From: Squalus acanthias
Lineage: Eukaryota
Length of the DNA: 64,000 bases
Assembly: GCA_030390025.1 (NCBI GenBank)
Contig: CM059453.1
Span: 7,626,001 to 7,690,000 of the forward strand
Reading direction: 5' to 3'
Of the stretch, positions 52,248-63,320 are shown in pieces. A program made the position numbers and the translations under genes. Numbering within the stretch: the first letter of the stretch is position 1; the number at the start of each line of letters is the position of its first letter. The notes beneath the pieces are model-generated. The model saw only the letters and a program-made list of their open reading frames with translations, searched no databases and had not been told where the DNA came from.

Positions 52248-52535
52248 ATAAAGCCACAATTTTAGCAGGCCCGACATGCACCAACTCTGAGAATTGGACG
52301 AATTGTAACTGCCGGATCAGAGCCAATCCCCCGGGAAACATCACGTGGGACCTCAATGGGAGAATCCTCACTGGGGACATGTCAGATGTGGAAATCATCT
52401 GCTGGGCGGTGAATAGTCTCATCATGGAGAGCTCCCTGAGATTGACTCACCCAACTGGAACCGGAAACCTGATCTCATGTGTTGCAGCAAACGAGCACGG
52501 TGATTCTCTCAGTAAATACCAGCTCCATTCTAAGG
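52248..52535 (+). CDS. Gene C D4 Ig exon
   Basis: Open, 288 nt; about 11 aa differences from B over 95. Confidence 0.92.
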
Positions 52536-53358
52536 GTACGTGTTTGATTTGTCTGTAATTTAATACTATAAGGAGTTGGTCCATCACTGGTCAGTCACTT
52601 ACTGAACATTGTTAGTTTCAGCAAATACCAGCTCCATTCAGCAGGTCCACACTGAATCTCTCTCGAATTAGTGTAAGGAGCTCTTTCCATCAGTTGTCAA
52701 TCACCAACTGAAAGGTGCGGTCGGAATTATCCATTTAAACTTTCAGTCTTCTGATACTGGCTCGGTTTATATTTTTAGATATGATGGAATTATCTGAACA
52801 CCAGAAGTAGCCATTGATCTTGGAAAACAAATTCTTCTGAATTAAGATAACCCCATTAGCAAATCCAAATTAATCTTAATACATGATAACAAACTGCAAT
52901 CTACCCTTTTGTATGTACATGCTCATTTCGATCTTGTTCAGACTCATTTAAGTATGTAATGCCGATATTTAATAAGCTATGTCAAACTGAATTATCTCTA
53001 TAGATTATAAATCTTACCGCTGTAACTGGTGATCTTGGCGGGCCGGTATTCTGATTGGTTTGTGCCCAATGTTTTTCCGAGGGTGGGTTGTCGCATGAAC
53101 TTCATTTTTCAATTATGATTTTTACACCAGCGTATCTGAAATTATTTATTTAAAAATTACGCCAGGCCGCAACACAGGAATAAAATGCTGTTTTGCAATT
53201 ATCATCAGGTTATGACAAGCGGAGTGCCTCACTTTCCATTAGCTTTCTGATCCGAACATAAAGGAAACTTGATACCTCACACTCATAAATGTGCTTCGAA
53301 GACTGTTGTTTAAATCGACTTCCCTAAGGTAGAGCAATGTTTCTTTCCGATTTTTTAG

Positions 53359-53452
53359 GAATATTCTCCAGGACAATTCTTCTCATCATCAGAGGAGGAG
53401 CCAGTGGGATGTTGTTACTAATTGCAGTCGTGCTCCTGCTGAAGATACAAAG
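53359..53452 (+). CDS. Gene C transmembrane exon, with Arg in the hydrophobic stretch
   Basis: GIFSRTILLIIRGGASGMLLLIAVVLLLKIQ(R); AGA at 53391-93 where B has GGA. Confidence 0.9.
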
Positions 53453-54579
53453 GTATGAGTGATTCCTAATTACATAGAATGGAGTTTTAAAGGGGATCCT
53501 GCATCAGAAATTCCGTGTAAAAAAAGCTCGTTGAAATTAATCTCCGTGAGTAGAGTGAGCACCTGCCATAATCGAAGCGGAAAGGAGGAGGGTCAATCGT
53601 CCCCTGACCAGTCGCTTGCATCTCCCAGCTTCAGCTATAGACCAATATTAGTGGCTACTTGAACGAGGCTATCTGTGCATTCTTCTTGTTATATTATTGC
53701 TGTTTTTTTCCTTATGTTTAAACTGACATTTTTGGACTTCTGATCGCCGGCGCGCTATTTGCCAGGGATTGTTTTCACCTACCGTGTAATCTAGAAAAAA
53801 TGCTCAGTATGCTTGAAGAATGAATAGAGAAAACCGTTCAGGTAGTTTCTGCTGCTGGCTTTACGGGGCACCCTCACACAAGCCTCCTTGCCATGTCATG
53901 CTCCCAGCATAAAACTAAACCAGAATGATATTAAGTTCTAACAATCAAGCAAGTCCAGCAAACAGTAAAACAACAAACAAATAGTAAAGGTAACGTGACA
54001 CATATGTTTACAGTAGTGATTCAGTTTGTTTGGCTCCAGGAGTAGAATATTATATTTCAAAATTGGGTGTGACTGATGTGCTAAAGTATGATATAAACGA
54101 TTATTTATGTTGGGCTCGTTATCTTATTCTTATCAGTGTCTTAATCTATTTTGTCTGACTAGCTCTCACTGAAAGCTCTCGACAGAATCCCCGCTTTTAA
54201 TGGATAGGCTGATAATTAGCTTCAAGGAGGTGAATAGTTCCAAGTGAATTCCAATTATATCTATTCGGTTTACAATGTGCTGCGACCCAAAATTACTCTT
54301 CAACAAATCACCAACGATGTTTACAATTGAAATCAGTGACGGGCTCCTCAGCTAGGCGCCCTCCACAATAACCAATGATTCGGTAACAGATATAACAAGA
54401 TGAGTTAGAACACTCTTGTGAGTGGTGCTCGATTTAACCCTTCATGTACCATGACATTATTAAAGATGCCAATTCCATGCTAACTAATATATAAAAGCTT
54501 CTTTCAGAGATACTGAGGAAGGATCTCAAAGTGGTTTTTGAGTAAAATTGATTTATTCCCCATTTCACACTCAAATTTT

Positions 54580-55370
54580 GATATATATTAATGACTTGGC
54601 CTTGGGGGCACAGGGCACAATTTCGAACTTTGCAGATAACACCGAACGTGGAAGTGTAGTGAACAGTGAGGAAGATAGTAATAGAATTCAAAGGGACAGA
54701 GACAGGCTGGTGGAATGGGTGGACACATGGCAGATGAAAGTCAACACAGAAAATTGTCAGGTGTTAGATTTGGGTAGGGAGAATGAGGAGAGACAAGACA
54801 TCCTAAATGGTACAATATTAAAGGGGGTGCGGGAACAGACAAACGTGGGGCTGCTTGTGCACGACACTTTGTAATTGGCAGGACAGATTAACAAAGCAGT
54901 CAATAAAGATTATGGAAGCCCGGACTTTATAAATAGTTGCACAGAGTACAAAAGCCAGGAAGTTGTGCTGAACCTATAGAAAACATTGGTTCGGCCCCAG
55001 CTGGAGTATTGTGTACAATTCTGGGCACCACACTATAGGAAGGATGTGAAGGCTTTGGAGAGGGTGCAGAAGAGGTTTACTAGAATGGTTCCAGGGATGA
55101 GGGATTACAGTTATGTGGATAGGCTGGAGAAGCAGGGGCTCTTCTCCTTAGAGCAGCGAAGGCTAAGAGGAGATATGATAGATTTGTTCAAAATCATGAA
55201 GGGTTTATATAAAGGAAATAACGATAAATTGATTACAATGCCTGAAATGTCGTTAACCAGAGGCAGAGGTTTAAGGCGATTGGCAAATGAACCAGAGGCG
55301 ACATGAGGACAAACTTTTTTTAAGCAAAGAGTGGTTAGCATTTGAAATGCACTAACTCAAAGCGTTATGG
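54580..55370 (+). mobile_element. CR1 RT fragment specific to the gene C intron
   Basis: IYINDL, FADNT, VRPQLEYCVQFWAPH. Confidence 0.9.
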
Positions 55371-55723
55371 ATCTAGTAATCATAGATTTTAACGTGTTTG
55401 ATCGTTGAAACTCTTCCATCTGCTACTTAATAAGGTGTTAACATATTGAATGATCCTCCTATGTCCAACAGCACAATCAGCTTTCACCATGAGCAAGCAA
55501 CACCGCGCCATTAACCAGCTTCATTGATAAAGGCAACAATTCCCTTTTTAAATGTCGGCAGATGGAAATTGAAAAGAATTGGAGAGCGGACGTGGTCTGT
55601 GCTGATCAGAAAACGTAAAAGTCATAGGTCTCTCCTGACCTACGAATGTCCTTCACAGTATACATTAAGTAAACATTCCAGTTAACTATGAAATGTGCAT
55701 CATTTTTACTTAATATTTTTTAG

Positions 55724-55802
55724 GAAGAAGAGCAGTGAGGCTGTATGTGTGCCGAAAACGGCTAGCGGTGCGATGGTGTACACTGAGGTTCTAAACGGTG
55801 AG
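55724..55802 (+). CDS. Gene C cytoplasmic exon 1 (non-canonical MVYTEV)
   Basis: ttttag|G ... GAG|gtaagt; KKSSEAVCVPKTASGAMVYTEVLNGE. Confidence 0.85.
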
Positions 55803-56110
55803 GTAAGTGAAGCCAAGCTGGAGTGACAATTGTAGGATATTTGGTGTGTTTTGTAGTTGGTGGATTTATTATAAATCTATGAATCCCGTAAGCTTTTTAA
55901 CAGCCTCAGCAACTTCGTCTGATAAAAATTTGGAAGTTATTTATTTCTTGCATCAAGACCTCAAGACGCATATCTCATGAATGAGCGCCATTAGAAAATT
56001 ACCACAGATTAAATAGTTAGCTGTGCTCTGGTGCAGACAGCGCACTCCCAACGTGTTCATCTCTAAATCTGCAATAGCGCCACATCTAACACGAATGTCT
56101 TTCGTTACAG

Positions 56111-56252
56111 AGGGAGGATCACGTGAGCCCCGCGATCGATGCAACCAGCTCAGAATGAAGAGATTGTGTACGTGACTGTCAATGTCTCACACAACCGCAA
56201 TCATGAACCATATAGCCCAAATGAGAAGACCAGCGATTATGCACCAATTAAA
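56111..56252 (+). pseudogene. Gene C terminal exon; ITIM IVYVTV and ITSM-like TSDYAPI are out of frame
   Basis: gttacag|AGG. Phase-0 reading REDHVSPAIDATSSE* stops at 56156-58; 17 nt shorter than B before the ITIM. Confidence 0.85.
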
Positions 56253-56815
56253 CATAAGAACAGAAGAAATAGGAGCAGGAGAAGGCCATTCGGTCCCTGG
56301 AGTCTGCTCCGCCATTCAATAATTCATGGCTGATCTGATATTGGCCTCAACTGCACTTTCCCGCTCTCTCCGCATAACCGTTCACTCCCCTGTAGCTCAA
56401 ATATCTGTCTATCTCCTCCTTGAATATATTCAATGACTCCTCCTCCACAGCTCTCTGGGGTAGAGAATTCCAAAGATTCATGGCTCGCTGAGAGAAGTAA
56501 TTCCTCCTCATTTTTGTTTTAAATGGGCGAGCCCTTATTCTGAAACTATGCCCCCTAGTTCTAGATTCCCCGACGAGGGGAAACATCATCTATGCATCTA
56601 CACTCTCAAGCCCCCTCAGAATCTGATATGTTTCAATAAGATCACCTCTCATTCTTCTAAACTCCAATGAGTATAGGCCCAACCTGCTCAGCCTTTCCTC
56701 ATAAGACAACCCCTTCATCCCAGGAATCACCCTAGTAAATCATCTCTGAACTGACTCCAATGCAAGTATATCCCTCCTGAAATAAGGAGACCAAAACTGT
56801 ACGCAGTACTCCAGT
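56253..56815 (-). mobile_element. CR1 3' end inserted just before the ancestral stop codon of gene C
   Basis: ATT AAA [CR1] CTT AAG TGA aagttaac versus B ATT AAA CCG AAC TGA aagttaac. Confidence 0.92.
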
Positions 56816-58074
56816 ACTTAAGTGAAAGTTAACTGTTAGCGCGGATGGTCTTGAAACTGACAATGCCTGAACACACCTGATGTTATGAAGTAAAACAGAC
56901 ATCATTACAATACAATGAGGGCTATGAGAATGGAGAACTTTCAGAATATTAGTGGATTTCTTTGATTTATATTAACAATCTCGTTGTACCTGAAATAAAG
57001 TAGGGAGTGTGAATTTTTTCTGAATGTAACTGTTCAACATTTTTCTCTATTCTGTGAAATTAACTATTTTACAAACCATTTCTTACATCGTCTTTGTCTG
57101 TTAATCTGCTGAAATGTATTGGCCCACAGTATGAACCCTCAAAACCGTGTAGCAGGTGCCAAAAAAATTGCAATGAAACACCAGGAAATAAACTTTATTT
57201 GCTACTGCGCCTGAAAATCAGGTGCGAATTTCAAGAGAACCATATATATGGGCGTAGACGAGTTCTGGCGAGAGTTCCAGACAATTGTCAATACTCATTC
57301 ATCTGGGCTTATTTGATTTGTGCCCCGATTGTGAACATTTGACAAGTATTCCCAGGGCATTTCAGTCAGTTTTCCGCTCACCCAGCACAACACTCGAGTG
57401 GCTACTTGTTTCCCCTAATTATATCAGCACAATTCAGGGAAATTTGTAGAATGAGAGCTAAAGAGCGTGGAATTTTAAACGTTAGTGCGCTAGGTCCACG
57501 ACCACTTACTCTCAATTTTTTCCTTCAACTTTTAACAGTTTTAAGTTTTAATTGTACCCAATCAGGTTCCACCGACAAAGCTGGCCTTGCACCCAGGTCG
57601 TAATTGCGAGATTGTGTTGATTCTCAAAGGCTCATAAAATTGCGCTCATTTTCTTAGGCGCAAAGGCAGGAGTAGGCATATTTTAATAGATACCTCATAT
57701 TATTAAACAAAGTGAATTTCTAAGGCACCGTAATTTTCCATTTCATATCATGCAGTTATAACTCGGGGAACTAAAAGAGTAACGTCGTCTGTGATGCACT
57801 GGGTGCTGTGCGCTTTGGCATCAGCAATGGTTCCTGAAGATTATCTGCAACTTGTATTCCCAGTTTAATCGAAAAGAGTTGAACTTTAGACCATATACCA
57901 GCCAAAGCCATTCGCTAATGGATCCAATGTAACAAATGCATTGTTTATAGAAAGGCAAAAGCACAGCGAAGTAAAGGTCATGGACTGAAACCTAACGAAG
58001 AGGTTCGAATGGCTCATGTGTAATTTAACAGATATCCAACAACGACTTCGGGATTGGATTCTGACCTATTGTTT

Positions 58075-58985
58075 TGGTTGGTTTATATGCAGAATAGCGG
58101 ATACCCGGAAGTGAGTTACAGGCTGGAATCTAATCCAGGGGTTCGGGGGGTTTATATGTAGAATAACAGATACTTGGGAGTGAGTTAAAGGCTGGAATCT
58201 AATCGAGGGGTTCGGGGGGTTTATATGTAGATTAACTGATACCCGGGAATGAGTTACAGGCTGCAATCTAATCGAGGGGTTCGGGGGGGTTTATATGTAG
58301 AATAACAGATACCCGGGAGTGAGTTACAGGCTGTAATCTAATCGAGGGGTTCGGGGGGGTTTATATGTAGAATAACAGATACCGAGGAGTGAGTTACAGG
58401 CTGGAATCGAATCGAGGGGTTCGGGCTGTTTATATATAGAATAACAGGTAGCCAGGAGTGAATTACAGTCTGGAATCTAATAGAACGGATCGAGGGTTTA
58501 TATGTGGAATACAATATACCTGGGAGGGAGTTACAGGCTGGAGTCTAATCGAGGTGTTCGGAGTGGTTTATATATAGAATAACAGATACCCGGGAGTGAG
58601 TTACAGTTTGGAGTCTAATCGAGGTGTTCGGGTGGTTTATATATAGAATAACAGATACCCGGGAGTGAGTTACAGGCTGGAATCTAATCGAGGGGTTCGG
58701 GTGGTTTATATATAGAATAACAGATAACGGGGAGATTGCTACAGGCTGGATTCTAATCGAGGGGTTTGGGGGTTTTATATATAGAATAACAGATACCTGG
58801 GAGTGAGTTACAGGCTGGAATCTAATCGAGGGGTTCGGAGGGTTTAAAAAAAAGAATAACAGATACCCGAGAGTGAGTTACAGGCTGGAATCTATTCAAA
58901 GGGGTTCGGGGGTTTTATATGTAGAATAACAGATACCCGGGATTGAGTTACAGGCTGCAATCAAATCGAGGCGTTCGTGGGGTTA
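58075..58985. repeat. ~69-bp minisatellite (~13 units), inverted relative to 9040-9700
   Basis: ggtttatatatagaataacagatacccgggagtgagttacaggctggaatctaatcgaggggttcggg units. Confidence 0.95.
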
Positions 58986-58987
58986 AT

Positions 58988-59746
58988 TGCCCGAAAATTA
59001 AACCTAATACGCGAGAGTACGCATGTGTAGTCTCGCGTATTCGATCCCGAATTGCCGGTTTCCTGCATGCACTGCGCATGCGCGGGAAAGCGGCATTTCG
59101 TGAATTGAAAAGGGGGCGGTTCCTAAGTGAACCGCGTGCGCGCTACAGGCTGTGCGCACGCAGTGCACTTAGTTTTTTTTCAGCTTTGAACGCGCAGGTT
59201 GGTGGTGAAGATTTTACACACAAAGAAAGCAGGCGTAGGAGCCCCTTTTAAGAAGGTAAGTAGTTAATTAAGTGTTATTTTAAATTTTTTTCAAAAGGTT
59301 TATCTTTTTTAGAGAGTTTAAAGAAAGGTAAGTTTATCTTTACAACTTTTAAAAAGATTTAAAATTTTTTCAAAAAATTATTTTTTTGTTTAAAGTGGTT
59401 AATTTATTTAACTATATCTATTTTATTAATGTGATGGCTTTTTTAAATTTAATTGAGGTTTAGCTGTTCTTTTGGGGTGTGTAACATTCATAGCTTTGAC
59501 AGCTCTTGCCGTCAAAACTATGAATGAAAGATGGTGTGCTGCCATTGGCTCTAACTGAATCACGTGATCCCAGAGCTTGCACGAACTAATTGTGTCTCTG
59601 GGTCACGCAAGCACTGCACGGTTCCAACAGAGAGAGCCTTTGAAACTAAAGTTCGTGAGGGCCAGGAGCTAAAAGGAAGGCGCGGAGTGCGATGCCGCGG
59701 GGAATCCTTACCCCCGCGGGAACCATCCATGTTTAATTTCTGGGCC
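58988..59746 (+). mobile_element. MITE copy
   Basis: aat|TGCCCGAAAATT ... AATTTCTGGGCC|aat. Confidence 0.8.
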
Positions 59747-59756
59747 AATAAATGCA

Positions 59757-60497
59757 GGGGCAGAAATTCGTCATTTGTCGTTTGAGTACACACTGTGTAC
59801 TCACCCGTGGACTGAACAAAAGCGCCGGTTTCTTGCATGCACTGCGCATGCGCGGGAAACCAACACTTCCGTTCCCCTGAGGAAAGGGGTTCAGAGGTCG
59901 AACGGCCACGCCAGCGTACCAGCGCGTTCGCCTCGCACTTCGGGTTTTTTTGCAGGTTCCTCCGTGAAGGTAAGCGTGGAGAAGATACACTTTGAAAAAG
60001 GATGCGCAAGGCCTTCTTTTAACAAGGTAAGTGCTGATTTTATTTAAATGTCAACATTTTTTTCACAGATTTGTATATTTTAATTACTTTAAAGAAAGGT
60101 AAGTTTAGTTTTATCACCGTTAAAAAACGTAATTAATTTTTTCAAACATTTACATTTTTGTTTAAAATAGTTAATGAATGTAATTTATAGTTATTTTAAA
60201 AATGTGATGTTTTAAATAAAAATATTTGTAGTGTTAGGGATGTTTTGGGGCCGATCTGTATTCCTAGATTTGAATGAAAGAGGGTCTGCTGCCATTGGCT
60301 CTCCATGGCCTACGTGATCCCAGGGGATACATCGCACTAACTATGCCCCTGGGATACACAAGCACTGCGCACCAGCAGTTCGGGGAGGCCCAGGAGCCGA
60401 AGTCCCTGTGGGCCCAGAGGTCAACGGCAGGCACGGTAGGTAGGTGCGCGCGCGATCTTTGCACCCGCGGGAAGCCAGGGAGCCGAATTTCTGGCCC
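59757..60497 (+). mobile_element. MITE copy, 10 bp from the previous one
   Basis: GGGGCAGAAATTCG ... CGAATTTCTGGCCC. Confidence 0.82.
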
Positions 60498-60632
60498 TAC
60501 TCAATTTACATGTCGCTAACACAAAGAATGTAAAGGTAAGAGAGACAAGTGTGAGTCTCTCTATCCCCCTATTTTGTGTTTCCCAACAGTGATTCTGTTA
60601 AAATCGATGCAGAAAACATTATTGGTATCGCT

Positions 60633-60960
60633 GTAACACGTGTTCATTGTGTATCTGTACCACGTGTTCTTTGTCTATCTGTACCACGTGTTCTTTATGG
60701 ATCTGTACCACGTGTCCTTGGTGTACTTGTATTACGTGTTCTTTGTGTATCTGTACCACGTGTTCTTATTGCATCCGTACCAAGTGTCCTTGGTGTACCT
60801 GTACCACGCGTTATTTGTGTATCTGTACCACGTGTTCATTGTTTATCTTTTCCACGTGTTCTTATTGGATCGGTACCACGTGTTCTTGTTGTATCTGTAC
60901 CAAGTTTTCTTTATCTAACTGTACCCCGTTTTATTTCTGTATCTCTACCACGTGTCCTCT
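60633..60960. repeat. 24-bp tandem repeat (~13.5 units) with a CACGTG core
   Basis: Unit gtatctgtaccacgtgttctttgt; gives the 8-aa periodicity in three ORF-track peptides. Confidence 0.95.
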
Positions 60961-60992
60961 TTTATACGCTGCACGTGCTGTTTCTGTTGCAG

Positions 60993-61214
60993 AGGGATCA
61001 TCCAGACAGTGACGGCTGGGAAGTGATATCCAACTCAACTTAGCAGAAGGAAGAAATTACTTACGCCACTGTGCACTTTTCAAGTATTCCTCAAGGGCAC
61101 GGATATGTACATAGCAACGAGATGAGCGAATATGCAGCTATTAAATTTACCAGAAAAGGACCAGAACTTAGAGAGGACGCTTCTCTGAATCTCAAAGTTT
61201 CTTTGTCCAAATGA
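60993..61214 (+). pseudogene. Orphan Siglec-type terminal exon E (ITIM ITYATV, ITSM-like SEYAAI) behind an in-frame TAG
   Basis: ctgttgcag|AGG; RDHPDSDGWEVISNST*QKEEITYATVHFSSIPQGHGYVHSNEMSEYAAIKF...*; homologous to 22604-22771. Confidence 0.85.
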
Positions 61215-61950
61215 ACCAATTATAACAAAGAAGAGATACGACACGTTTTTGCAATCAAGACATTGGAAACACTCGTTGTTCTTGCTTGCAGTATTTGCCC
61301 CAAAATTCTCCACTTCCAACTTCAACGCTTGCTGAAGTTCGATTTCTCCAATCTCTCGCTAAAGCTGCTATTTTTGCAGATACCTCCCTTCACCATGAGG
61401 TTTGTCCCGAGGCCCTATACCCCGGTGTCTGCTCCTGTCCTCATTGGATATCGAAAAGGCTACTTGCTTCAGGGTTCACCGAACAGCGATAAAGACTCGG
61501 GATGAATTGCCCCTCTCCAACCCGGGACTCCGAGTGCATTTGGATTCCCTCAGCCGAGATTGTTCAATGGGCGAATTGATTACTTTCGGAGCTGCATTGC
61601 ACAAGTGCATCGGTAAAAGCAACGCATTGCCACCTCCCCCCCCCCCCCGGGTAACCTAATGCTGATTTATTACCTAAGGAAGAAGCGTCCGCGGTAAAAG
61701 GAATGGGGAGGAACGGGAAACCGTGCACTCTGATCTCCATAATGCTACATTTCCGATTGTCCCACCGATAGATAGAGTGTAAAGGAAATCTGACGGACAC
61801 TTCAAAGTCTTCTCATCTGATTAGACATGTTAAACAAGCTGTACACTGATTGAAGGCTTGGACCAATCGGTGCAGTGCAGACCCATGTTCCGGCCTGTGA
61901 ACACAATAAAATTCAAGCTACTTTCTTTGTGTTGACTATTGCCTGTTATT

Positions 61951-62691
61951 GGGCCAAAAAATCATCCCGCGACGCGAGAGTACGCACTGCGTACTCTCGC
62001 GTATTCCCACTCCAATTGCCGGTTTTCTGCATGCCCTGCGCATGCGCTGAAAACCGGCAATTGGTCTTTTGAAAAGGGGGCGGTTCCTCGGTGCATCGCG
62101 TGCGCGCTACAGGCTGCGCGCACGCTGTGCACTTCATGCTTTGGACGCGCAGGTTAGTACTGAAGATTTTAGAAATGGAAAAAGGAGGAGTAAGACCCAC
62201 TTTTAACAAGGTAAGTTGTGAATTAAGTATGTTTTTGAATTTTTTTTAACAGGTATATCTTTTTTAGAGACTTTAAAGACAGGTAAGTTTATTTTTATAA
62301 CTTTTTAAAAGATTTAAAACAATTTCAAAAATTTTATTTTTTATTTAAAATGGTTAATTTATTTAACTATACTTATTTTATTAATGTGATGGTTTTTTTT
62401 AATTTAATTGAGGTTTAGATGTTATTTTGGGGGGGTGTAAGATTCATAGATTTCACAGCACGTAAGTGAAACTTATGAATGGAAGATGGTGTGCTGCCAT
62501 TGGCTCTAACTGAGTCACGTGATCCCACAGCTCGCACGAATTCACTGCGCCGGTGGGATACGCAAGCACTGCCCAGCTGATGTCTCGAACATCAAGTTCG
62601 TGCGAGCTGCATCTGAAAAAGCACAAGCGGAGTGAGAGAACGCGGGGAAGCCTTGCCCCCGCGGGAACAGAGCGAGATCAATGTCTGGGCC
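61951..62691 (+). mobile_element. MITE copy with ATT target-site duplication
   Basis: att|GGGCCAAAAAAT ... ATGTCTGGGCC|att. Confidence 0.82.
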
Positions 62692-62834
62692 ATTGAATCA
62701 CTCTCAGCTGCTTTCAAACATATTATGCAATGTATTAATAGACTATTAAACAGGAGAGCCAACCGGATTATTAAAGCGCTTTCACTGTAAGGTTGGTTAG
62801 TATATATTTGTTTGTCAATATGCAGGGCCACATT

Positions 62835-63320
62835 ATGGTTATGTTACTGGTGTAGTAAACCAGAGGCCTGGATTAATGATCCAGAGACATGTTTTCAACT
62901 CCCACCACGGATGCTGGGGAAATTTAAATTGAGTTAAACAAATGAACCTGGAATAAAAAGTTAGTATCAGTAATGCTGACCAGGAAAGTACAGGATTGTC
63001 GTAAAAACCCAACTGGTTCACTAATGTTTTTTAGGGAAAGAAATCTGACGTCCTTACCCGGTCTGGCCGACATCTGACACCAGAACCACAGCAATGTGTT
63101 TAACTCTTAACTGCACTCTGAAATGGCGGAGCAAGTCACTCAGTGATTGGGCAATTAGGGATAGGCAATAAATGCTGGCCTTGACAGCGACGCCCACATC
63201 CCGTGAATCAATAAAAACAATATATTGCATGTGTTCAAGTAAGCGGCTCAGCACCACCTTCTCAAGGGAAACTAGGGATGGGCAATAAATGCCGGCTTTG
63301 CCAGCAACGCCCACAGCCGA
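62835..63320 (+). mobile_element. Shark-type tRNA-derived SINE plus a second copy of the 3' tail
   Basis: Degenerate A/B boxes (tggttatgttactgg, ttcaactcccacc); tail gggcaataaatgctggcctt..gcgacgcccacatccc occurs twice. Confidence 0.75.

Larger units (their letters stand above)
47404..56826 (+). pseudogene. Siglec-like gene C, inverted paralog of B; frameshift in D3, frameshift + CR1 insertion in the terminal exon (pseudogene, or a D3-skipped 416-aa short-tailed receptor)
   Basis: Exons 47404-47446, 48085-48471, 50167-50478, 51065-51321, 52248-52535, 53359-53452, 55724-55802, 56111-. All GT-AG and colinear with gene B. Confidence 0.78.

Noticed and set aside
46730-57100. B/C inverted copy as a haplotype or assembly artefact
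   Set aside because: Many substitutions, indels and copy-specific LINE insertions show old paralogy.
60576-61043. ORFs encoding (VPRVLCVS)n, (VYLYHVFF)n or Cys-rich metallothionein-like peptides
   Set aside because: Translations of a 24-bp tandem repeat with non-ATG starts; only the last 16 codons belong to exon E.
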